IMG/VR virus record: IMGVR_UViG_3300037262_000003
Coordinates: 1-64,000 of that record
DNA length: 64,000 bases
Strand: one strand, 5' to 3'
DNA from: a virus
The position numbers were made by a program, and so were the translations under genes. Below, piece by piece: positions 17,459 through 27,055 of this stretch (positions are counted from its first letter, which is position 1; each line of letters opens with the position of its first letter). Under the pieces are notes generated by a model that was not told where the DNA came from, did not search any database, and saw nothing but the letters and a program-made list of their open reading frames with translations.

Positions 17459-18031
17459 TCATTCGTAGAATCCCTGCTTGATCATGGCGCGCTGCTGCAC
17501 CACAGAGTGATAAGGGCAGAACACGCAGAGGCTTGTGCCCGGACGACGACGGGACTTGGTTTCAATGCCGAGTTCCTTGCGCTCGCCTCTAGTGTCGGGC
17601 ACGAGACGCTTAGCGTCAGACATATAGTCCTGGCAGTTCTCAGTCCTGTTGTGCTGCTTCCAGCACGTGAAAGCGTCTTCCTTGAAGTTAGACCTAGCGT
17701 GGTAGATAGCAGAGCCTAGACCAAGCTCACCCCCGCCATGGGCCTTGGAGATCTCAATCAAGATCTGACGCTGGACTGACGAGTCTCCCCAGGACTTCTC
17801 AGACACGGTGGAGAGAGTGCCGTGGTGATAGTACCGAGGCTTGCCGTCATCGTCTACAGGACCCTGATGGTCGGCCAGACGATAGTTCAGCGTGTCATCA
17901 TACTCAACAGGCCCGTCGTACATTGGAAGTACGTCCACCGTATTGCAGTCGTGACAGATAAGCAGGCGAAGACGAGGGCCACTGGCGTCAATGACCTTCT
18001 CGTCTTCGCCCAGGGTTGGCAGGGCTACCAT
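17459..18031 (-). CDS. Cys/His-rich putative Zn-binding protein
   Basis: CHDC, CWKQH..C, CVFC motifs. Confidence 0.75.
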   Translation of the reverse strand: MVALPTLGEDEKVIDASGPRLRLLICHDCNTVDVLPMYDGPVEYDDTLNYRLADHQGPVDDDGKPRYYHHGTLSTVSEKSWGDSSVQRQILIEISKAHGGGELGLGSAIYHARSNFKEDAFTCWKQHNRTENCQDYMSDAKRLVPDTRGERKELGIETKSRRRPGTSLCVFCPYHSVVQQRAMIKQGFYE

Positions 18032-18073
18032 TTAATGCTCCGAATCTAATGCCTTTTGCGAATTAACTAAGAA

Positions 18074-19078
18074 TTAAGCTGTTACTGCGATCTTAGCAGA
18101 TCCAGGGGTGGCCTGTCCACCATCGGCTTCCACGGAAACCTCGTAGACCAGGTTCCTTGTAAGACCGTCGATGACCGCAGTTGTTCCTGCGGCCTTTTCA
18201 GTCTTAACGACGTTGCCGTCCTGCGAAACAGAGACGGTGTAGCCCTCGGGAGCCTTGCCTAGGTTGTCTGGAACTACATCCCAAGAAACACTGATGATAC
18301 CTACATCAGCACGCAGGCCAGTAGGAGCTGCGAAGGTGATCTTCGGTGGTGTCTTTAGCAGGACTGACCATGTGGCGGGGCCTACGACGCCATCGACGGT
18401 GAGCTTGTGGGTGCTCTGGAATACCTTGACTGCCGTCAGAGTGCCAGGCCCGAACGTTGAATCCTCAGCGACCTCAGGGTTGGCGTCCCATACGTTCAGA
18501 CGGACCTGTAGGTCACGAACTGACGGGCCGGTATCACCAAACGACACGGTTGGCTCTGCGTTAGCCGGGGGCGGTACGACGATAGTGAAGAAGTCAGGAT
18601 CACATGCTGATTCGTCTAGCTGCTCACCGTTAGCCGTGCTCGTGTACTGAGTGGCGTCAGCAGACTCGGCAGTGCCCGCGCATGTGCTAGGCCCGCAGAT
18701 GTGCTGACCCTTGCCGTAGTGGGCAGTCCATAGGCGGAATGAGGTGCGAGGAATACCTGCCGCTGCCATCTCATTGACTAGAGCTGTGGCGTTGGAGACC
18801 TGAGTGTAAACAGCGGGCTTGGTAACACCGCCCCCAAGAGCCAGCTTGAACCATGCAGGAGCCTGAGCAATGCTGGCATCACCGTTCTCGACATCAAGAG
18901 CGTCAGCAACGTCAGTAGCCTTGACTGCGATAGTCAGGATGTGGACGTTGGGGCTCGGGAAGCGCTTCTTGATGGCTGAGATGTTAGCGTAGATCCCGTC
19001 TGTGTACCCAGCGTATGCGTCATAGCCCGCTGGCAGCAGATCAACGTCTACGTCATCGAACATCAAAATCTGGGACAT
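18074..19078 (-). CDS. Endolysin: GH25-like muramidase + peptidoglycan-binding domain + FN3-like domain
   Basis: ALDVENGD, LWTAHY, QY; VRDLQ..L...FGPGT..AVK.FQ....L.VDGVVGPATW; APTGL...SW...Y.V...GL....YEVSV. Confidence 0.85.
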   Translation of the reverse strand: MSQILMFDDVDVDLLPAGYDAYAGYTDGIYANISAIKKRFPSPNVHILTIAVKATDVADALDVENGDASIAQAPAWFKLALGGGVTKPAVYTQVSNATALVNEMAAAGIPRTSFRLWTAHYGKGQHICGPSTCAGTAESADATQYTSTANGEQLDESACDPDFFTIVVPPPANAEPTVSFGDTGPSVRDLQVRLNVWDANPEVAEDSTFGPGTLTAVKVFQSTHKLTVDGVVGPATWSVLLKTPPKITFAAPTGLRADVGIISVSWDVVPDNLGKAPEGYTVSVSQDGNVVKTEKAAGTTAVIDGLTRNLVYEVSVEADGGQATPGSAKIAVTA

Positions 19079-19359
19079 TAGCGATCACCGTACATCATGA
19101 CACCGGCCATTGAGTGGTCGTCGCCTAGTTCTGGGCACGGAGTAGCCGTGTGGTAAGGGGAGACCATCTTCTGAGCGTCCGGGGTGTCCATCACCGGAGC
19201 CTCATGGATCGCGTAGTAAATGCAAGACAGGTCACTACGGGCATACCACGTAGCCTGCTCTACTTCACCGCCACGGTCCTTGATGACCTGCTTATAGGAA
19301 CCATCTACCATTCCCTGTTCTAGTTCCCTGTTCGCGCTTCTAGGCTGGGCGTAGGCCAT
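19078..19359 (-). CDS. Hypothetical protein
   Basis: AAAGGA RBS; coupled to the endolysin start. Confidence 0.65.
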   Translation of the reverse strand: MAYAQPRSANRELEQGMVDGSYKQVIKDRGGEVEQATWYARSDLSCIYYAIHEAPVMDTPDAQKMVSPYHTATPCPELGDDHSMAGVMMYGDR

Positions 19360-19400
19360 GTTGGTTGATTCCTTTCGTTAGTCTACGCCCAGTATACCCT

Positions 19401-20090
19401 CTAGTCCAGCGCGTCCACATCGCAGTATTTGAGCTTGCACAGCACGGGACGGATTTCCTCACCGAATCGCACGTAGTACGAAGTCACAGGACGCCCGACG
19501 ATGCCCTCAAGGGGAACTCCAGGGAACGTGGACTCGTACTCATGGTCAACCATCTTCGACCAGGCACCCGCGATGGAGCACTCGTCTAGGACGTTGACGG
19601 TCGGGACGCCAAGCATGTCCGCCGCGTCATTGATGGCACCGCCGCCCATGAACGGAGAACTTGCAGAAATCCCGTACTTGTTGCCCATCTGCACGTCAAA
19701 GACAATGAAGTCCTGATGCGGTAGATAGCCCGAGCCCTTCTGGATTCCTGCGCCGTAGCCCTCACCGAAGACCTTGACGTGGTTGTCACCGTACAGAGCA
19801 CGGAACTTGTCAGGGTCAGCGATTTCCTCCAGACGTGCGTACAGCCCGCCATGGAAGGCAGCGTTAGCCGTCTTACCGCAGATGACTACACGGTTCTCTT
19901 CCGGAAGCCAGCGCAGCCCGATATTGGTGCCGTCGATCTTCTCAGTCCACGTCCATCGAGCCAGGTACAGGTCTTCCAGGTACTTAGTTGCGTAAGCACC
20001 CGGAATGACTCTCTTGCCATTAGGGGTGCGCTTCCACAGTGCGTTGATCTTGGGGTACCCAGGACCAAACTCTAGTTCAGATAGTGCCAT
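19401..20090 (-). CDS. ATP-dependent RNA ligase (Rnl2-like nucleotidyltransferase domain)
   Basis: YPKI, TEKIDGTN, FGE.YG..IQ, FIVFDV, EGIV, KLK motifs. Confidence 0.8.
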   Translation of the reverse strand: MALSELEFGPGYPKINALWKRTPNGKRVIPGAYATKYLEDLYLARWTWTEKIDGTNIGLRWLPEENRVVICGKTANAAFHGGLYARLEEIADPDKFRALYGDNHVKVFGEGYGAGIQKGSGYLPHQDFIVFDVQMGNKYGISASSPFMGGGAINDAADMLGVPTVNVLDECSIAGAWSKMVDHEYESTFPGVPLEGIVGRPVTSYYVRFGEEIRPVLCKLKYCDVDALD

Positions 20091-20099
20091 GTTTCCCTC

Positions 20100-20243
20100 C
20101 TAGTTGCCGCAACAGCAGCTACAGTAACAATACCTCGTGATACACGTGCAGCACTTGCACTGGGCAGGCAGCCCGCGTCTCCTAGTCTCGTGTCCGAGCG
20201 AGTGCTGAATGCGTGAGGCCATCATCGATCTAAAGGCTCTCAT
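20100..20243 (-). CDS. Cys-rich small peptide (metallothionein-like tail)
   Basis: GGGAGG RBS; CKCCTCITRYCYCSCCC; promoter TTGACA-N17-TAGTCT at 20263-20291. Confidence 0.55.
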   Translation of the reverse strand: MRAFRSMMASRIQHSLGHETRRRGLPAQCKCCTCITRYCYCSCCCGN

Positions 20244-20291
20244 GTCGCCTCCCTTCGACATCAGACTAACATCCCCGCTCATCTATGTCAA

Positions 20292-20615
20292 CTAGTACGA
20301 GATGTTGGGCTGGTTGCTGGCGATCATGCCGCCTGTGGCAGTGCCCGAGTAGTCGAAGATGCTCATCTGCGGAGGCTGGCCAGCGTATCCCTGTAGAACG
20401 TCATCGATCGTGGGCTGACGATCAAGTCCGAGAGCCACGACGCCTGTAGGAGCGTAGACCCTCAGTGCCTCAGCGGGCAATTCGGGATTAGCGCAGGCGA
20501 GCGCGTGAGCCATCTTCTGAATCTGATCGGGAGTCTGCTTGTAGACGCCATTGGGCGTGTTGATAGACGACCAGGGCTGAGTCTGGTCATATTCTGTCGT
20601 GATACCTACTGGCAT
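20292..20615 (-). CDS. Hypothetical (putative virion) protein
   Basis: ORF coupled to the upstream GNAT-like gene. Confidence 0.65.
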   Translation of the reverse strand: MPVGITTEYDQTQPWSSINTPNGVYKQTPDQIQKMAHALACANPELPAEALRVYAPTGVVALGLDRQPTIDDVLQGYAGQPPQMSIFDYSGTATGGMIASNQPNISY

Positions 20616-20935
20616 TATTCCCACTCCACATTCGACGTGTAGTTAGGCTTGCCCTGACGCTTAGGAAGCTTCTTGCCCGTTTCCTTTGCATGGCTCGCAG
20701 CGAACTTCTGGCCCTCATCGGTCCTGTCAGCGGAATGACGAAGATAGCCTGCCTGGCTCACTCCCTCTTCCCAAGTCTTGCGCATAATGCCCTGGCGGCG
20801 CATCTCGGGGTGAGTCTCCATTGTCTGAATGGTATTGCTGGAGTCCCAGCCCAGACGAGAAACACGCTTATCGCCTAGATAACCCTCGACGGTGCGTGGC
20901 TCGGGTGACTTGAACTGAAGCTCGTTAAGCTCCAT
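20615..20935 (-). CDS. GNAT-fold acetyltransferase-like protein
   Basis: THPEMRRQGI motif A; HSADRTDEG; N-terminal LNELQF. Confidence 0.65.
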   Translation of the reverse strand: MELNELQFKSPEPRTVEGYLGDKRVSRLGWDSSNTIQTMETHPEMRRQGIMRKTWEEGVSQAGYLRHSADRTDEGQKFAASHAKETGKKLPKRQGKPNYTSNVEWE

Positions 20936-21055
20936 AGATATCACCCGGACCAATGCCTACGCCCGAACCGTCAAAGCCAACGCCAACAGGACCAGGCTCT
21001 CCGTAAGACCCCATCGGGCCTATGTCGAACTGCTGGCTGTTATACAGATCAGGAT

Positions 21056-22717
21056 TTACACCTGAAAGGCTCCGCTCCACTGTGGCAGCATTCCTCTCAT
21101 CCTGGCAGCCCGAGAAGGGTCTACGACGGTCACAGGGTTCTTGGCAGGGTCGCCGCCCTGACTACGGAGAGCCTTCTCAATCTCACGAGAATTAGCCCCG
21201 GCAAGCTTGCCATCATTGGCTATCATCTCAACGGGATCGCCCGAAGGTGCCATACGCTGGGTCCTGTAGACGATGCCGCCCTCCTGGTCCGCCATAACAG
21301 CCTCAGACTGGCGCTGTAGGCCCATCATGGGGTTCATGTCATCTGACCAGGAGTAGGCGCTCTTAGGCTGCCTCTCGCCCACGTGGACCCCGCGCTGGTA
21401 CGACGTAGAGGTCAGGCGTGACTGTAGAACGGCAGGGATCTTGTCCCTGTCGCTCTGAGGATTCGTCAGCGTTCCAAGATAACCGTCTGGGTAGCTGGCA
21501 CCAGGAGCGAAACCAGCAGCCTGACGCTTGGCGTCCAGGGGATTCCTGGCAGCCATCATGTCAGTGCCACCGCCACCATAAGCAGGAGCAGAAGGCTGGC
21601 CCACACCACCAGGGAAGTTATTCACCCAGAAACTGCTTCCCTCGGTCATGATGACTCCTACTTGATGATAGTGAGCTTCTGCTTGGGCTTCACGGTGTCT
21701 ATGTGATGGGTGGCCATTCCGTGCCCGAAGTTAGCAATACGACTCTCGGGCATACTCTGCTTGTGCATGGTGATCTTCAAAGGCTTACGGCCCTTGAGGC
21801 TAATGTCATGATCGTTCTCGGCGGCACCCTCAGTGGTGTAACCGTAACGACGACGGTGACGACCACCAGTCTTCTCAGTATCGACAACACGCCCAGCACC
21901 CTCTACCTCGTCGGCACCAGCGTTGGCATTCTCGACATCAAGGTCCGGGTCGAGCTTGGCAGCCATTAGTTAGCGATGACCTGTCCGCCGTCAAAGGCAC
22001 GGTTGTCCCAGAAGTCGCCATTGCCCGTCTTGGAAGCCACAGAAGGCATAATGCGAAGCGCACGGCCTGTCTGAGATGCCTCAGGACTGTTCGGGAATGA
22101 GATTGTCGTCTGAGGGGCGAAGACAGGTCCAGAATGCTCACCGGTAGCGTCAGAGCCTACACCACGGATGGCAGTACCGCCAGTGGCAATAGCGTCTCCA
22201 CCAGAGTACTTGCCTACGGCATGGGTGTAAGGGCTACGATCGCCCGAGGTGTTGACGATGTTGCCCTCAAGAGGGTGATCGCCCATCTTGGCAAAACTGC
22301 TCTGTACAGCGTCACCGTATGAACGGGTGTATGCGTCAGTCATGAATACTCCTAGGAAGACTATGTTCCTAGTGTACCAACCTCGCGCTTACCGTCTAGT
22401 AGGAGCTTGTCAATGCCCGTTGTGGTAGTCGGATCACTGCCATTGCCCGAAGGCAGAAGTGTGTTGTTGGACAGAATGCGAGAGTTGTACTCGTTGGAAT
22501 TCATACCATCACCTGACTGGACGGTAGAGTTGAGAACGCTCTGAGGGTTGAAGCCCGAGCCTACCTCATCATTCCACTTGGCACTGTCCGCACCGAGTGA
22601 GCTGGCGACTCTATAGGGGTTACCACTCGATCCCTGCCCGAAAGCGGCTGTACGGCCAGTGAATTCCTGACCACCCTCGCCTGCCTCACTAAGATCCATA
22701 CTGGCCTCTATCCACAA
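21056..22717 (-). other. Four G/S/A-rich hypothetical ORFs (21056-21649, 21658-21966, 21966-22343, 22361-22699), possibly virion-internal proteins
   Basis: Coupled ORFs with AGGAG RBSs and low-complexity composition. Confidence 0.6.
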
Positions 22718-22997
22718 TGATCTCGAACGTCAGTGCGGTGACCTCCTTGTCGGGTAGGTCAACATCCGCAAAACCGATACGTACGAGAATATCCATAGCC
22801 TGAGGCTCGACATATCGTCTGGCCACGGCCACTGCCTTGCAAGCCTGGTTAACAGCTCCTGCTCCGATTGCCCTCAACTCGATATGAATCCCGCCGTACA
22901 CCGAATGCGCGATAGCAGAGCCAAGCTTGCCAACCGGAGAAGACGCAGATACCAGCATGGTCTTCTCAATAGCACGAAATTCAGTCATTAGCTCCAT
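22689..22997 (-). CDS. SpoVS-family (Alba-like) protein
   Basis: VSASS...LGSAIA...ELRAIGAGAVNQA.KA.A.AR signature. Confidence 0.8.
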   Translation of the reverse strand: MELMTEFRAIEKTMLVSASSPVGKLGSAIAHSVYGGIHIELRAIGAGAVNQACKAVAVARRYVEPQAMDILVRIGFADVDLPDKEVTALTFEIIVDRGQYGS

Positions 22998-23020
22998 GTC
23001 TGCTCCTAGTTCAGTTATGA

Positions 23021-23386
23021 CTAGGATAGCGTCTTTCTGACTGTCTTCGTGGCTCTCCGCTTACGCGTGGACTTCTTCGGGGTCGCTCTGATACCGAGGA
23101 CTCGAACGGCTGGAGGCTCGCGCAAATAGTCTGCCATGCGTTGAGCTATTTCCCAGTCCGTGAGACGACCCAGAACTCTGTGGTTACAGTAGGCGCAGAG
23201 TATGCCTCTGACAACGCCCGTCTTATGATCATGGTCTAGAGCATTGGAGATGCCCGAAAGCTCCTTGAGGCAGATGCAGCATCTATGCCCCTGAGCAGCA
23301 AGAATAGCCAGGTATTCCGTCAGGGATATGTTGTACGTGCGCTTAAGGTACGAATCTCTCCTGCGTTCGGCTTCGGTCATATCCAA
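23021..23386 (-). CDS. Recombination endonuclease VII-like nuclease
   Basis: Q..RCCIC...LDHDHKTG.VRGILC..CN..LG. Confidence 0.85.
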   Translation of the reverse strand: MDMTEAERRRDSYLKRTYNISLTEYLAILAAQGHRCCICLKELSGISNALDHDHKTGVVRGILCAYCNHRVLGRLTDWEIAQRMADYLREPPAVRVLGIRATPKKSTRKRRATKTVRKTLS

Positions 23387-23486
23387 GGGTCTGTCTCCAG
23401 TAGGTTAATCCCATTGTACCGACAGACTCCCGGAATGGCAAGCTATCCTTCTAGCTTGTACCTCAGAATCTCAGCGCCTGTGCCAG

Positions 23487-24680
23487 TCAGCCATACCAGA
23501 CCTCTGACAACCACGCAAGCGCGTCCTCTGTGCTGTTGATGTTGCCCTGATCTTGTTCTTCCTGAGCAGCCCGAAGGATGGTCTTGAATATAGGACCAGG
23601 CTTGAATCCGCGCTCAATCAGGTGATCACCGCGCAGAAAGGGCTGCTGCGGCCCGAAGATGACACCCTCCTCGAAGGCTGCCGCCGTCCAATTGGGCGAC
23701 GGTTCGATCATCAACAGGTCATCGATGCACGAAGGGTGAAGCTTGCGGGCCAGAGTCCTGACATTTGCAGGTGTCAGAGCCTCGTAGAAACCGTCGATGT
23801 TCTCCACCAGTGGAACGATCCTCCGAATAATATGCTCGGGGCACCCTATGCGCTCTAGGAAGGACCGAACTAGTTCAGTGCCAAGCCCGTCGAGCATGGT
23901 GGCGAACACGACAATCAGCCGCTTCTCGCCTGAGATACCCTGAGCGTCACACCTTCTGGCCACAACATCTGTGGTGTAGCCGGTCATCAAGACCGTCTCA
24001 GGAAAACATCCTGTCCAGTCAGTGTCATCGAGAGCCTGGAACATCCTGACGAAATGCGTGCCCCTCGTACCTATCTTCTCCCATTCTGTCCAGATCCTTT
24101 CCTGGGACAGCTCAGAGAAATGAGGCTTGAGTTCCATGCACTTGATCTTGGTCTGCTCGGCAATCGTGAAACCGAAGCGGGCCACGAACTGAATGGCACG
24201 CATGACACGCAGAGGGTCATCTCCGAAGGCTTCAGACGTGTGCCTGAGGATACCCATGTAGAGATCTTCCGTGCCACCGTGAAGGTCTATGACTCTGCCA
24301 GTCTCAGGGTCCAGCATGATCGCGTTCAATGTGAAGTCACGGCGGGCAGAAGCCTCTCGCAGCCCGATGTACGGATCATGTATGACCTCGAAGCCAGTGT
24401 GGCCCGGACCAACTTTGGAGTCAGTCCTGGGAAGCGAGACATCCATGTCAGTGCTGCCCGTGTGGATCTTGAAGACACCAAAAGACCGTCCGACTTCCTT
24501 GACCATGGCGACCTTCTTGAGTGCCGCATGGAGTTCAATCGAGTCGATGTGGAAGACCTCGATGTCGATGTCCTTGCTTTCCTTGCCCATCATGAGGTCA
24601 CGCACGTAACCCCCGACCAGCATAGGCTGGCCTCCTGCTGCCTTGATGGCACTCAGGACTCTTTCAACGTCCTCGTTCAT
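23487..24680 (-). CDS. Class II tRNA nucleotidyltransferase (CCA-adding enzyme)
   Basis: LVGGYVRD...KDIDI, RRDFTLNA, DDPLRVMRA.QF.ARF, ERIW.E. Confidence 0.9.
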   Translation of the reverse strand: MNEDVERVLSAIKAAGGQPMLVGGYVRDLMMGKESKDIDIEVFHIDSIELHAALKKVAMVKEVGRSFGVFKIHTGSTDMDVSLPRTDSKVGPGHTGFEVIHDPYIGLREASARRDFTLNAIMLDPETGRVIDLHGGTEDLYMGILRHTSEAFGDDPLRVMRAIQFVARFGFTIAEQTKIKCMELKPHFSELSQERIWTEWEKIGTRGTHFVRMFQALDDTDWTGCFPETVLMTGYTTDVVARRCDAQGISGEKRLIVVFATMLDGLGTELVRSFLERIGCPEHIIRRIVPLVENIDGFYEALTPANVRTLARKLHPSCIDDLLMIEPSPNWTAAAFEEGVIFGPQQPFLRGDHLIERGFKPGPIFKTILRAAQEEQDQGNINSTEDALAWLSEVWYG

Positions 24681-24828
24681 CTATCCTCCAAAGTCAAGAG
24701 TGATTCGAACACAGGGACACGGGTAGAAGCGGACCTTCTTGCAGTCCCTGTCCATGTACACGCCTACGACGCAGTAGCGCCAAGAGAACTCTATCTTCAT
24801 ACTTCCTCCTTAAATGACGATAGCCCCC

Positions 24829-24857
24829 ACCCTATCGCAGCGGCGGGGCTATGTCAA
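24829..24857 (-). promoter_or_regulatory. SigA-like promoter TTGACA-N17-TAGGGT inside an inverted repeat
   Basis: ATAGCCCC...GGGGCTAT arms; upstream of the CCA-enzyme gene. Confidence 0.7.
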
Positions 24858-25024
24858 CTACCACTTGAACCAGAGAAACTTTCGAGTCTTCGGTCCAGTA
24901 CACGGGCAGTACTCGGGATAATCTATACTCCCGGCAACCCGCTTCGAGCACATGGTGTGGTTTGTGTAGTGCCTGTGCAGCTCTACGTCATGGCCACACT
25001 CCAGACATTCTTGCATTGATCTCC

Positions 25025-25951
25025 CTAAAAATCTCCATAATTGACCTGGAGGCAATCCAGGCCGAGCTGCTTGCGCCACATGTTGACCACTCGATCACGG
25101 TCGTCAAGGACGATGCCGATGTTGTAGTTGCCACGAATGTTGTCGTCAAACAGGTCCCTCTTGATGATAGCGTCGTTGATCTGGAGCCTGTCCGCAGGAC
25201 GCATGAGCAGGGCCTTGTAAGACAGCCCGACATGCGAGTGCAGCCATTCCTCAGTGTCACGACGGATGTCGTTGATATCAGGACGGCCCGACATGAAGAT
25301 CAAACCGTAGCCATCACGTTGACGTGACCACAGGAGCTCTATGACCTTGGCCCGCGAGTGATCCAAAGAGACCTTGCTGTAGTCGTAAGGACTACGTATG
25401 CCCGAGCAGTCTGCAACGGTGCCATCGATATCGCAGATGTCAACGCACTCCAGACCGAACGATCCGATGTAGAAGTGAGGACCCTTTCCGGCACTGTCCA
25501 GATCGGGCAGTGGCAGGGGGTATCCCTGACCCTTGATGTTGTTGTTGTACATCTTCATGATCACCGCAGTCGGAACGGGTTCCTTGTCCTTGCGATTCTT
25601 GTTCCGCTCCAGCACGGTATCGATCGGCACGTCAGTCATGTCGCGAACGGTAACCTCAGCACCCACAGAGTAGGCGATTCGATAGAGTTCACGCAGGAAC
25701 TTCGCGGGCAGATTAGTGTCCGAGCTGACCACATCGATGCCCGACTTGAGCAGATCCTGAATGGCCTGGTGCTGGACCTTGGTGACCATTGCCTCCTGAG
25801 CAGACGAACCAATAGTGTAGCCACCCAGCATGAGCCGGATGGCATCCCTGTTGACCTCCGCTCGCGTGTCCGGGGAGAACTCGACCCACTGGCGAGCCGC
25901 AGTGGACTTACCGCAGCCGGGCAGTCCCCGATAGATATTGAGCGTTGCCAC
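25025..25951 (-). CDS. Polynucleotide 5'-kinase / 3'-phosphatase (T4 PseT-like Pnkp)
   Basis: GLPGCGKST, NRD..R; CDIDGT, SGR, DDR HAD motifs. Confidence 0.92.
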   Translation of the reverse strand: MATLNIYRGLPGCGKSTAARQWVEFSPDTRAEVNRDAIRLMLGGYTIGSSAQEAMVTKVQHQAIQDLLKSGIDVVSSDTNLPAKFLRELYRIAYSVGAEVTVRDMTDVPIDTVLERNKNRKDKEPVPTAVIMKMYNNNIKGQGYPLPLPDLDSAGKGPHFYIGSFGLECVDICDIDGTVADCSGIRSPYDYSKVSLDHSRAKVIELLWSRQRDGYGLIFMSGRPDINDIRRDTEEWLHSHVGLSYKALLMRPADRLQINDAIIKRDLFDDNIRGNYNIGIVLDDRDRVVNMWRKQLGLDCLQVNYGDF

Positions 25952-27055
25952 TTACTCCTCCAATGACGCAGTTACCAGCGACCTCACAGCCTCGGGCTTG
26001 ATTGACCTCCACACTACAGGCCAGATGGACTGCCTGTCAAGTTGCTTGAACAGGTAGCCCTTGAGCGGAGACGGAACGTTCTTCACCGCGAGAGCGAAGT
26101 CCTTCCGTGTGAACTCAGGGTTAGCCGAGTCCAACTCGTACAGGATCTCGGTGTACGCCTCGTACGCAGTCAGTAGGATCTGGTTAGCGAGTGCGAAGAG
26201 GTTGTTGGCAACCTCATCGACCCACGGCCAGAACTCTTCCGGCAGAGGCTCCTTGATCTGGTCAGTCGTCTTGCCCTGAGCCAGAGCCTCCCACACAGAG
26301 CGGTCGGTCATGCCCGTGACAATCCTGTGGAGTGCTACGTAGTCGGCCTGCTTGAGCTTGACCCTCTGGCCTGTCGAGTGGAAGTACACCACGATACCCT
26401 CAGCGTTGTCACGTGGGGGAAGCGCAAGCGCGTCCGCAAACGAGTGAACGTCGAAGGTGCGAGTCGTTGGACCGTTCCAGTTCAGAAGCAGTCTTGACTC
26501 TGACGGAGTGTAGTTCAGGCCCGTCTCGATGTTGACACCACCCAGCAGAACCAGCTCATCCATGTCACCATAGTTGAGCACGATCCTGTTCTCCGGATAG
26601 ATAATTTCAAACAGGTAAGTGATGTCACGGTCCAGAGTGAGAGGGTACAGCAGCCCGTCATTCAGCAGACGAGTCGCGTGCTTGGCCTGGTCACTCACGA
26701 ACGAACCACGAGTCGCCACTGCCCACCCTCCACTAGGCAGGGGGTATAGGATGCCGAGTGAACCGTCCTGCTTGTCAGTCACACTCACACGGCCCGTAGG
26801 TGGAACCCACTCAGGACCGTGCTGCTCGTAGTTGAAGAACTTATCGAACGGGCGAGCAAGGATGTCGTAGTTCGTCATGTCATAGATCAGACCACGGCAC
26901 GCCATGGTCTCCTTGTTCCAGACAACATCCCAAGACGCCTTGTCGGTGTAGTTGAGGATGCCCAGAGGGTGAGACGGGTGGACCTGTAGGTGAATGTAGC
27001 CCTGGTCCATCATGATCTCAAGCCGAGTCGGACTCAGCAAATCGTGTAGCTTCAT
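25952..27055 (-). CDS. RNA ligase 1 (T4 RnlA-like)
   Basis: CRGLI, RPFDKFFN, KQDGSLG, ATRGSF, FEII, EGIV, KLK. Confidence 0.92.
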   Translation of the reverse strand: MKLHDLLSPTRLEIMMDQGYIHLQVHPSHPLGILNYTDKASWDVVWNKETMACRGLIYDMTNYDILARPFDKFFNYEQHGPEWVPPTGRVSVTDKQDGSLGILYPLPSGGWAVATRGSFVSDQAKHATRLLNDGLLYPLTLDRDITYLFEIIYPENRIVLNYGDMDELVLLGGVNIETGLNYTPSESRLLLNWNGPTTRTFDVHSFADALALPPRDNAEGIVVYFHSTGQRVKLKQADYVALHRIVTGMTDRSVWEALAQGKTTDQIKEPLPEEFWPWVDEVANNLFALANQILLTAYEAYTEILYELDSANPEFTRKDFALAVKNVPSPLKGYLFKQLDRQSIWPVVWRSIKPEAVRSLVTASLEE

